Below are positions 36,805 through 45,174 of a stretch of DNA of 64,000 bases, piece by piece. Origin of the DNA: an uncultured archaeon (GTDB lineage Archaea; Thermoproteota; Nitrososphaeria; Nitrososphaerales; Gagatemarchaeaceae); the NCBI GenBank assembly GCA_963799775.1, contig CAWCYD010000003.1, positions 1,952,001 to 2,016,000 on the forward strand, written 5' to 3'. A program made the translations under genes and the position numbers. The notes under the pieces were generated by a model, which searched no databases, was not told the DNA's origin, and saw only the letters and a list, made by a program, of their open reading frames with translations. Numbering within the stretch: position 1 is the stretch's first letter; each line of letters begins with the position of its first letter.

Positions 36805-37053
36805 GCTCTATCTTGAGTCGAGAAGCTTGCAGATTTGGACTCTGGAGAACTTGTTCCAACGGCATGAGCACGGGCCTCCGCATCGGTCTCATTGAATACA
36901 AAGACCTCTTTTCAAGGTCTCTGTCAGACCAATTCTTGTAGTCCATAAACACGGGTAATCTGTCCGGGAAGAGTTATCCTGAGAGATTCAACTTGGCGGC
37001 CCAGCCCCAAGAAATCGACTCGACGGTTATGTGCAGTTAGTTTTACCGCTCAT
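36805..37053 (-). pseudogene. Decayed third copy of the AbrB-like gene
   Basis: Broken frames give SLRITLPGQITRVYGL, WSDRDLEKR, LMPLEQVLQSPNLQASRLK with several indels/stops. Confidence 0.8.
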
Positions 37054-37397
37054 GCTAGATTTTGACCTTTTGTGGTATTCCTGAGCGACTCCACTAGGTG
37101 ACCTGTCTGGGAACGGCATACAGTTTGCGACTGGTATCTTAGCCATCTGTTGGTTCGCGCCAATCAATCTGGGAGTGTACGACCAAGGCCGCCATGGGGA
37201 GCTTAGGCTCAATACCCTCTGTTAATCAGGGGCGTCTCCCAGATCAACACGGAGTTCCATATCCTCGCGTAGCTGCTTCACCTTCTAGATCAAGCCGTTA
37301 ACCCGGAGGCGAGTTCCATCGGTTAACAGGTACCGAGACAGCTGCGTCCCCGCGTTAGACAGGCGCCATCACTCCTAAACTTCACATCAAATCGAAA

Positions 37398-38201
37398 ATG
37401 AATCACCGACTCGAAAATCGACAATTCCTTCCAATCTCAGCAGCAATCCTCGCCCTGTTGGTAATGTTGCCAGTCGCTGCGAAAGGCGATGTAGGCAACA
37501 GCAACACCTACTACACCATGTATCATAGCGGTTCTTCCCTGGGCGAAGTCTCAGGTTCCGCTCAAATCAACAATTGGGGTGGCACTTGTACCGTATACAC
37601 TGACGATACAAAGACTACCCAGGTCAGTGGCTGTTCGTTCAGCATCCAACAGAACGTCGGGATGTATGACAGCGCATCAGACTTCATATGGACGCAAGCC
37701 GTGTGGTATGTCTGCACGACCTGCACCAACGCATACTTCCAACCTAACTTCGAAGTGTACCAGTCCTCCTCGTGCGGATCCACAACTCCATGCACGAATG
37801 TCGTCGGTACCGCCTACGACTTCACCAGTCCCTTGACCGACTACTCCTTCTGGTCAGATGTCTACACCAGCGGCAGCGAAATCATAGCCAACTTCACAGC
37901 CACATACACGCCCACAGACACAACGGTGTTGTCATGGAACCACGCCTACAGCAGCTCTTTCTCCGGCCTATACACAACAAATACTTACATTGTTGCAGTG
38001 GGTATCGGAGGAGGACAGTACACTGAGTTTGCCAGTGGCACGGATTTCAGCATGAACAACTATGTGTCAACAACATGGTCCGAATGCGTCTTCTCGACAT
38101 GCACTCCTTGGTACAACACACTCACGGGCGAAGGATCCGATCTGAGCTACAGCGGCGTGGCATCAGGTACCTACAACCTCTCTTACGCCCTCGACTACTA
38201 G
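37398..38201 (+). CDS. Secreted thermopsin-like domain protein, second variant
   Basis: Signal peptide; SIQQNV...IWTQAV, VGIGGGQYTEF, TGEGSDLSYSG; similar layout to 33765..34553. Confidence 0.55.
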   Translation: MNHRLENRQFLPISAAILALLVMLPVAAKGDVGNSNTYYTMYHSGSSLGEVSGSAQINNWGGTCTVYTDDTKTTQVSGCSFSIQQNVGMYDSASDFIWTQAVWYVCTTCTNAYFQPNFEVYQSSSCGSTTPCTNVVGTAYDFTSPLTDYSFWSDVYTSGSEIIANFTATYTPTDTTVLSWNHAYSSSFSGLYTTNTYIVAVGIGGGQYTEFASGTDFSMNNYVSTTWSECVFSTCTPWYNTLTGEGSDLSYSGVASGTYNLSYALDY

Positions 38202-38439
38202 CAACAAGACGCAAATCAGCGAAAGATGGTACTCGAGTTCTTTCGGGAGCCGAGTACCTTCCAAATTTTTTTCGGAAAAATCTCCTGCAAAGCAGCCGAC
38301 CACTGGCAAGCGATAACCAGATGCGAGCGCAATACCCTAGCAGATGAGAAAATGACTAGGATTGTCAAAACTGCAGTTGCCCGAAAGACTTGTTTCTAGG
38401 CGCTGGACCTGATTGGGTACCGAAAGCTTTGTCTTGGGT

Positions 38440-39279
38440 TTACTGCAATCCTTCCCAGTTCGGGAATGCCACGTCAACATAATTCATGCTTGTCGATATT
38501 TGGAAGGACGTCAAGAGGAATGGTGATGCGGGACAGCTCGGCAGGATTCCTTCCGAACCTGCAAAGTCAGACGCATTTACTTGCCCTGTCTGATAACCTA
38601 CGGCCAAGGGGAACGAGAGGCATCCCGCAAGCCTAGGGAACGACTCATCATAGAATCCCGTGGCGTTTGTGTGCGCCGTGAGGAGATAATCAACAGTGAA
38701 AGTGGAGTTTACTGAGAGTTCAGTCAGGTTCTCACTTTGGGGAAAAGCGAAGATCGAGAATGAGGGAGTGTAATCCTTTAGGTGTTGGACGCTCATGGCG
38801 CCACCCGCAGACCTCGTGAAGTTATCTTTCCAAATTCGAATCTGGTTTCCCACCTCGCCGTTTTGGTAAAAGGTATCACCAAGCTGCGAACTTGGAAGGA
38901 CTTCTAGGTAGGTCAGTCGTATGCAAACGTTCGAGTTCAGATTAGGTACCACCAATACTGGTATCGTGATGTTCGTCGTGTTCTCGCTTACCTCTGCTCC
39001 GATTGGCGCATTCTGAAAATTTCCACACTCGGAAGGGAAGCTTGTCTCAGTCTTGGTAATAGTGCTGAAGAGCTGTTGGACACTTGTAACGGTCGAAGTA
39101 TTAACAACACTCGGGGCATGTGATGTTGTCGTCACGAATACCGAATATGTAGCGGTGGTCGTGATGAAACGCGTAGATGTTGACGTTGTGACGCCAAGAA
39201 GGCTGTCGTATCCGGCTATGGAACCAAACACTACTGTAAGAACGACAAAGACCAAGGATATCATCCTGAAGTTCGGCAA
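38440..39279 (-). CDS. Membrane-anchored secreted protein with Thr-rich stalk
   Basis: Signal anchor, Thr tract, TIPVLVVP..VC, ATGFYD...C..FPLAVGY. Confidence 0.7.
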   Translation of the reverse strand: MPNFRMISLVFVVLTVVFGSIAGYDSLLGVTTSTSTRFITTTATYSVFVTTTSHAPSVVNTSTVTSVQQLFSTITKTETSFPSECGNFQNAPIGAEVSENTTNITIPVLVVPNLNSNVCIRLTYLEVLPSSQLGDTFYQNGEVGNQIRIWKDNFTRSAGGAMSVQHLKDYTPSFSIFAFPQSENLTELSVNSTFTVDYLLTAHTNATGFYDESFPRLAGCLSFPLAVGYQTGQVNASDFAGSEGILPSCPASPFLLTSFQISTSMNYVDVAFPNWEGLQ

Positions 39280-39543
39280 TTGCGCTCTGGCGAAAGGGTC
39301 GAAGCCCCCAAAAAAATCTTCTGGTATTTATTTTCTGAGACTTGCGTCTGGTTGTATTGCTGTTCCTTTTGAAATAGGGAAGAGCCACTCTAACCCTAAG
39401 ATTGCCCACGTATTCTGTCGAGTTAGGCAGAATCTAATTGACGCAGTAGCCAACAAGTCATGGCCGAATCGCAACATGGACATGAAGCTCTAGGCCTACT
39501 AACTCCAACTTCTCTCCACATATCCGCAGGGGGATTCAGTCAA

Positions 39544-39813
39544 CTAGGCTGAATCCGAGTCGATTCTGAATCGTGATGCTCCGAGGTCGGGATTTTGGAG
39601 GGCCTTCTCGAGTGGCATCAGAAGGATTCCTTGGTCCGTCTCTATGAAGACAAACACTTTCTTCTCAAGTTCCCTAGCCGACCATTTTTGGAGGCCGTAG
39701 ACTCGGGCAATCTGTCTTGGCAGAGTAATTCGGAGAGACCCGCCCTGTGAGTATGGCGAAGCAGCGCCGAGAATCCACTCGACTTTTATCTTCAGCTCCT
39801 TCTTTTCGCTCAT
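39544..39813 (-). CDS. AbrB/SpoVT-like DNA-binding protein, copy B
   Basis: First 77 aa identical to 35327..35587 despite synonymous changes. Confidence 0.75.
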   Translation of the reverse strand: MSEKKELKIKVEWILGAASPYSQGGSLRITLPRQIARVYGLQKWSARELEKKVFVFIETDQGILLMPLEKALQNPDLGASRFRIDSDSA

Positions 39814-40067
39814 GTCTGAACGTTGCTCCTTGAAAATCTCTCAACATTCTGTTGATTATGGTCTAGGCCGTACTTCAATTTCCATCTTTCGCCACGCAAT
39901 CCTTCTACGTGATCTCCCAAGAGCAGATGTCGCAGATGAACCCTGATAGTTCGCCTTGAATAGGCGGTTAGCAAAACGAGATCTGGAATCGATGCAGGTT
40001 CGTTCTTCTTTAGAAGGGAGAGGTAAATCCTCCCGCATGCATAGCACTTGGACGATGCGTTTTCCAT
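39810..40067 (-). CDS. Small wHTH protein with CxxC, copy B
   Basis: Paralog of 35584..35841; same ATGA coupling. Confidence 0.7.
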   Translation of the reverse strand: MENASSKCYACGRIYLSLLKKNEPASIPDLVLLTAYSRRTIRVHLRHLLLGDHVEGLRGERWKLKYGLDHNQQNVERFSRSNVQT

Positions 40068-40342
40068 GTTATGATTCCTGGCGATGAACCTATCGATATA
40101 CCCAAAGCAATACTAGAGTCCTAGTCCCTATCGTGAAAGTATTGTCAAAATACCGTGGTTGTCTTGATGGTTTTTCATTAGACCTAGATTGGCAATCCAG
40201 ATTTAACAGCCAATTGTCAAACACATGATTGGAAACCTCGGGAATTAGTGCTAGTTCTCCTGATGTCTAGTCTTGTCTCCCTAGTTCTATTTGTAATGAA
40301 GCAAAAAGGCTTCAAAGTCGATAGAGCCTTTCCGTGGTACTG

Positions 40343-40403
40343 TCCAGGGTTCGTTCGTTCTGGCGTAAGATTGGTTCGGCATCAAACGACACCTCGGCAG
40401 AAC
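40343..40403 (+). repeat. Island boundary site, copy 3
   Basis: TCCAGGGTTCGTTCGTTCTGGCGTAAGATTGGTTCGGCATCAAACGACACCTCGGCAGAAC; by hand 10 mismatches + 1 gap versus copy 1. Confidence 0.8.
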
Positions 40404-40458
40404 AATCAAAGGAATACCATTATCTGAGGCATCCTCTCGAGACGGAAGCAAGCTCTCC

Positions 40459-41465
40459 TTGAACGTCGACCCGAAGCTCGTGAAGTATCCCTTCCTCAGG
40501 TCCGCCAGGGACTTCCTCGTCTCGTATCCGCTGGACGAGGTGGTGGAGTCGGTCTACAAGCCGATCCTCGACCAGGCGCGCTACCGCCTCACCCTCGCGG
40601 TGAGGAACCCCAACTTCGACGTCCAGAACGTGCGCCTTCTGGGCTACCAGCCCTACGCCAGATGGAGCAAGGACACTAGGAACCCGGAGGACGTGATAGA
40701 GTTCTACAGCTACTTCGTCGCGGTCCTCGCCTCGAAGAACGAGCCTTACCTGACCCTTGCCCTTGCGAGGACAGAGGCTGCAAGGGCCAAGTCGTTCTTC
40801 ATCAAGGAGCCGCCGGAGCAGATGATAGCCCTCCTCAAGGAAGCTGCGGGTCTTGAGCTCAAGCTCCTCGAGCCTGAGCGCGGGGGAGGGGGCCAAGACG
40901 TGATAACGTGTCCCTTTGAGAAGTACGTCGAGGTGGTCACCGAATACGAGCTCACGAGGGAGGCGAGGTGGCAGCTGGTCAACACACGGCTCTCGGGAGG
41001 ACTGATCTACTTCACGGTCAACGACATCAAGGACCTCTTCGCCGCCCTCGTCCAGGGCCTGATGATCTCGGGCATGAGGTCGCTCAGGGCTTCGCCGGTC
41101 CCCGGCTTCGTCCGCTCCCTGGTGGACGAGTTCAGGTCGCTGATACCGAGGCCTCCCACACGCCAGCAGAACCAGTTCGACTACATCAAGCGCCTGCTCG
41201 AGCATCCCATCACGGACGGGAGGCACCGCGTGATCTGGCTGATACTCGCGCCCTACTTCACCACGATCAGGGGGATGGACGAGGCTTCAGCGACGGACGC
41301 GGTCCTCTCCTACATAGGGGCTCGCGATACAAGCAGTTCATCCGCTACAACGTCCGGAGGGCCATGCGTAGCGGGCTCTTCCCGCTCTCGGAGCAGTCGA
41401 TAATGAAGAACCACCCCGACGTGATGGCGGTGCTCCCAAAGGGCGTGCTAAAGGAAGCACAATAA
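40459..41465 (+). CDS. priL: Primase large subunit N-terminal domain fused to PriX-like domain (frameshift ~41320)
   Basis: KYPFL, ARTEAARA, WQLVNTRLSGGLIY (PriL-NTD); YIKRLLEHPITDGRHRVIWLILAPY...IRYNVRRA..SGLFPLS (PriX-like); no Fe-S Cys set. Confidence 0.7.
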
Positions 41466-41497
41466 GGAAAGAGAAGCCCTTGGAGAAAACGGTTCTT

Positions 41498-41605
41498 CTA
41501 GAACGGCGGAGACGGCCTGTTGATCAGGGCATAGGCCGAGGCCCTCGCCTTCAGCTCCTCCTCCGTGAGCGGCTTCTTCCGCTCCTCAGCAAGAATCTGA
41601 GCCAT
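41498..41605 (-). CDS. 35-aa small protein
   Basis: MAQILAEERKKPLTEEELKARASAYALINRPSPPF with TTAAA box ~30 nt upstream. Confidence 0.4.
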   Translation of the reverse strand: MAQILAEERKKPLTEEELKARASAYALINRPSPPF

Positions 41606-41750
41606 TGCAGCAATTAGAACGGGCTCCGGCCGCTTTAAGGATTTGCATAGAATACGTATGTCATCTACAATATATCGATATTCTTCGTAATACATGTACA
41701 AAGCGTATATTTCCAGTAATTTTATAATCTGCGGCGGGGAACGAGGGACC

Positions 41751-42746
41751 GTGCAAGTCCGAAGAGTCCAGGCCACGGCAGGGGGCACCTTCATGATCAC
41801 GGTGCCCAAGGAGTGGGTGGAGAAGCTCCAGCTCAAGAAAGGCGACCTCGTCTCGACCGAGCTGGACGAGGGGAGCCTCGTCATCACGCCGACCGCCCCG
41901 AAGTATGCGGGGCACTCCAGGACCATCGACATAGACCAGCTCAAGGACCAGAGGTTCCTCGACCTCGGGATCACCGCCTCGTACATCCAGGGCAACGACG
42001 TGACTAGGATCTTCTCCTCGAGCAACAAGATGCAGCCCCGGCACAAGCAGATGATCCGGCAGACACTCGAGGGGATAATGGGGGTCGAGGTCTCCGAGGA
42101 CTACGCCGATCACGTGGACCTCATCAACCTCATCGACCCGGCCAAGTTCTACCTCATCGAGACGGTCGAGAGGTTCTCGGCCACCTCCACCGCCGTCCTG
42201 AACGACGCCGTCACGGCCCTCGACAAGGGGGACGCCACCCTCGCCCAGGACTCCTTCTCCAGGGGAACGGAGAGCACCAAGCTCTACAGGCTGATAATGC
42301 GGCTCGCGTTCCAGGCAGCGAAGAGCAGGAAGCTCAGGGAGGAGATGCAGCTCGCCGACGTCTCCCAGGTGATAGTGATGACAATCGCCACGAGGGAGCT
42401 GGGGAGGATCGCATACTACTCGATGTGGGTCGCGCAGCACGTCGCCGCGCTCACGCAGGGGCCCGACCGAGACTACGTCTCGATAGTCCAGAGGATGTCG
42501 AAGACCACCTCCGACATGCAGGCGCTCGCGCTCAAGGCACTGCTCTCGAAGGACATCGTCTCAGCCAACGCGGTCTTCCAGAAGATGCCGCAGGTTAGGC
42601 AGCTCTACGAGAGCGGCTACAAGCTGCCCGTCGCCTACGAGGAGAAGAACGCCTACCGCCTCTCGCTCATACTCAGGGATATCCGGGGGATCGCAGGCTA
42701 CGCGGTGGCGCTCGCGGACGACGCCGTCCTCGGAATATTCGCGTAG
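41751..42746 (+). CDS. phoU: Archaeal PhoU-family regulator with N-terminal AbrB domain
   Basis: VRRVQATAGGTFMITVPKEWV..LKKGD; SYIQG; two PhoU helical repeats; AT-rich upstream region. Confidence 0.85.
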   Translation: MQVRRVQATAGGTFMITVPKEWVEKLQLKKGDLVSTELDEGSLVITPTAPKYAGHSRTIDIDQLKDQRFLDLGITASYIQGNDVTRIFSSSNKMQPRHKQMIRQTLEGIMGVEVSEDYADHVDLINLIDPAKFYLIETVERFSATSTAVLNDAVTALDKGDATLAQDSFSRGTESTKLYRLIMRLAFQAAKSRKLREEMQLADVSQVIVMTIATRELGRIAYYSMWVAQHVAALTQGPDRDYVSIVQRMSKTTSDMQALALKALLSKDIVSANAVFQKMPQVRQLYESGYKLPVAYEEKNAYRLSLILRDIRGIAGYAVALADDAVLGIFA

Positions 42747-42763
42747 ACCCGGGGTCGAGGGCC

Positions 42764-44161
42764 TTGCCAAGAAAGCGGTCGCGGCGGACTCCCAAGAAAG
42801 CACGCTTCCCCCTCGCGCGCCGGCTCGCTAGGATCAGCGGCCCGGAGAACGTCATCGAGGGAGGGCAGAGGTTCGAGGAGTTCACCGAGGACATGGCGGG
42901 ATACAAGGCGACCCCTGCTGTCGTCGTCAGGCCCGGCTCGGAGGCAGAGGTCGTCAAGATAGTCGCGCTCGCCTCTGCGGCGAAGCTCCCGATCGTCCCG
43001 AGGGGCGGGGGGAGCAGCCTCACAGGGGCCTCGGTCTCCAAGGGCGCCATCATCGTCGACATGAGGCGGATGGACGCGATCCTCAAGGTGGACACGGTGA
43101 ACTGGCACGTCCGGGCCCAGGCGGGCATCACGCTCGAGGACCTCAACAAGGCCCTGGCGAAGCACGGCTTCTTCTTCCCGCCCGACCCCGCGAGCAGCTC
43201 GATCTGCACGGTGGGAGGGGCAATCGCGGAGGGGTCTGGAGGCCTGCGGTGCGTGAAGTACGGGACGATGAAGGACTGGGTGCTCGCCCTCCGTGTCGTG
43301 CTAGCCAACGGCAAGACATCGAACTTTGGCGAGCCGCTCGCCAAGAACCGGGCCGGGTTCGACCTCGTCCACCTGATGGTGGGGAGCGAAGGGACCCTGG
43401 GCATAGTCACGGAGGCCCACCTGAAGATGATCCCTATCCCGACCACGAAGACGAGGCGCCTACTCCTCACATTCGCGGACTGGCGCTTGGCTGGGGACGC
43501 CATCTGCAGCCTGCGGGCGGCGAAGATAATGCCGCACATGTTCGAGTTCCTCGACAGGGACGTCATCCGGGCTTTGAACGAGAAGCTCCAGGCGCACCAG
43601 GACGAGGCCGAGGCGACCCTCATCGTGGACATCGAAGAGCCGGACCTCGAAGCGGCCATGAGGATCTTCAAGCCGCTCAAGGTCTCCATCGCCAGGGACG
43701 AGAAGGAGGCGGAGGAGTTCTACCAGATCCGCTCGATGGCCTACCTCGCCATCCGCGACATGGCGTCCGCCGTCCAGGTGGAGGACATCACGGTCCCCTT
43801 GGACAAGCTCACCGAGTACATGATGAAAGTCAAGGAGGTGGCCTCGAAGTATGGCCTGAGGATACCGGTCAACGGCCACGCAGGGGACGGGAACGTCCAC
43901 CCGGTCATCCTCTACGACAAGGATGACAGGAAGAGCCGCGAGGCCGCCCACGGGGCCTTCGAGGAGATATGCCGCTACGGGATTGAGCTGGGGGGCTCGG
44001 TGACCGGAGAGCACGGCGTAGGGGTGCAGAAGCCCAGGTTCCTCAGGGAGCAGCTGATCGCCCACGACGCGAGGGAGTCTCTCAGGCTCATGAAGGGCAT
44101 CAAGAAGCTCTTCGACCCCGAGGGGATAATGAACCCGGGCAAGTACGTGGAGGCCGCATGA
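42764..44161 (+). CDS. FAD-linked oxidase, GlcD/D-lactate dehydrogenase family
   Basis: PRGGGSSLTG, FPPDPAS, GSEGTLGIVTE, GHAGDGNVHP, TGEHGVG, FDPEGIMNPGK. Confidence 0.92.
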   Translation: MPRKRSRRTPKKARFPLARRLARISGPENVIEGGQRFEEFTEDMAGYKATPAVVVRPGSEAEVVKIVALASAAKLPIVPRGGGSSLTGASVSKGAIIVDMRRMDAILKVDTVNWHVRAQAGITLEDLNKALAKHGFFFPPDPASSSICTVGGAIAEGSGGLRCVKYGTMKDWVLALRVVLANGKTSNFGEPLAKNRAGFDLVHLMVGSEGTLGIVTEAHLKMIPIPTTKTRRLLLTFADWRLAGDAICSLRAAKIMPHMFEFLDRDVIRALNEKLQAHQDEAEATLIVDIEEPDLEAAMRIFKPLKVSIARDEKEAEEFYQIRSMAYLAIRDMASAVQVEDITVPLDKLTEYMMKVKEVASKYGLRIPVNGHAGDGNVHPVILYDKDDRKSREAAHGAFEEICRYGIELGGSVTGEHGVGVQKPRFLREQLIAHDARESLRLMKGIKKLFDPEGIMNPGKYVEAA

Positions 44162-45174
44162 AGCTCCACGCGGGCTTCGACGGCGGGGGCACGAGGACCA
44201 CCTGCGTCCTCTGCGACTCGCGGGGAGTGGTGCTCGGCGTCGGCACGGGCGGTCCCGCTAACTACCACAACAGGGGAGTGGAAGACGCTCTCGCTTCTCT
44301 CAAGGGGTCCTTCGACCAGGCCCTTGCCCGTTCGGGCCTTGCCGACGAGCGGCTGGCCTTGGAGGCGTGCTTCGGGCTCGCCGGCCTCGACTCCCCCAAG
44401 GACTTTCAGATAATGCGCGGCGCGATACGCTCCATGACGCTCGCTAAAGGTGCGGGCCGAGGAACGAGATATATGGTCGAGAACGACTGGCGCACCGCCA
44501 TCGCTGGGGCCTTCATCGCCTCTCCAGGCGTGGTCCTCATCGCCGGCACGGGGTGCGTCGCGGCAGCCCAGCGCGGGGGCGAGGTGGTGAGGGTCGGCGG
44601 ATGGGGCCTGGTCGTCGACGACAGGGGGAGCGGCTACGACATCGGAAGGGACGCGCTCTACGCCGCGATGAGGGACTACGACGGGAGGGGCCCGAAGACG
44701 GCCCTCCTCGGGATGACGATGAGGAAGCTCAAGGTGAAGGAGCCGCAAGGGATCATCGAGCGGGTCTACGCAGAGAGAATGCCCGCCTCTGAGATCGCCT
44801 CCCTCGCCGTCCTCGTCAGCCAGGCAGCGGCCTCCGGCGACAACGTCGCCATCGAGATCTTGAGGGCGAAGGGCAGGATTCTCGGGGAGCTGGTCGTCTC
44901 GGCCGCCTCAAAGCTCGACATGCTCTCGACGCGCTTCGGCGTCTTCCTCAACGGAGGCGTCTTCAAGGCAGGCCCGCCCCTCTTGGAGCCTCTGGAGGAG
45001 ACGATTCGCGCGTCTGCCCCTCACGCCGTGTTCGTCGAACCCAAACTTCCTCCGGCATGCGGCGCCCTCATCCTCTCTTTGGGGAAGGCCGGCACCAAGG
45101 TCGACTCCCGCTTGGTCGCCAGGATGCGCGCCTCGCTCAACAAGGCGGGCGCGAAGATCGGGCCTTCAGGCTGA
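44158..45174 (+). CDS. BadF/BadG-family (N-acetylglucosamine kinase-like) ATPase
   Basis: GFDGGGTRT, ENDW, LIAGTG, GGWG..DDRGSGY.IG. Confidence 0.88.
   Translation: MKLHAGFDGGGTRTTCVLCDSRGVVLGVGTGGPANYHNRGVEDALASLKGSFDQALARSGLADERLALEACFGLAGLDSPKDFQIMRGAIRSMTLAKGAGRGTRYMVENDWRTAIAGAFIASPGVVLIAGTGCVAAAQRGGEVVRVGGWGLVVDDRGSGYDIGRDALYAAMRDYDGRGPKTALLGMTMRKLKVKEPQGIIERVYAERMPASEIASLAVLVSQAAASGDNVAIEILRAKGRILGELVVSAASKLDMLSTRFGVFLNGGVFKAGPPLLEPLEETIRASAPHAVFVEPKLPPACGALILSLGKAGTKVDSRLVARMRASLNKAGAKIGPSG

Larger units (their letters stand above)
39544..40371. repeat. Duplicated module B
   Basis: Matches 35327..36149. Confidence 0.9.
33139..40403. mobile_element. Lower-GC genomic island bounded by imperfect ~60-bp direct repeats (no integrase seen)
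   Basis: Abrupt composition shift at both ends; repeat copies at 33139, 36119, 40343; internal duplication. Confidence 0.6.

Noticed and set aside
39053-39493. Plus-strand ORF with IAVPFEIGKS resembling the receivers' PFEI motif
   Set aside because: Mostly antisense to a real gene, wrong orientation, and the match is too short to support a third receiver remnant.
33139-40403. Island repeats as CRISPR array or classical integron attC sites
   Set aside because: Only three copies kilobases apart, no spacers or cas genes, no RYYYAAC/GTTRRRY ends, and no integron integrase in the window.
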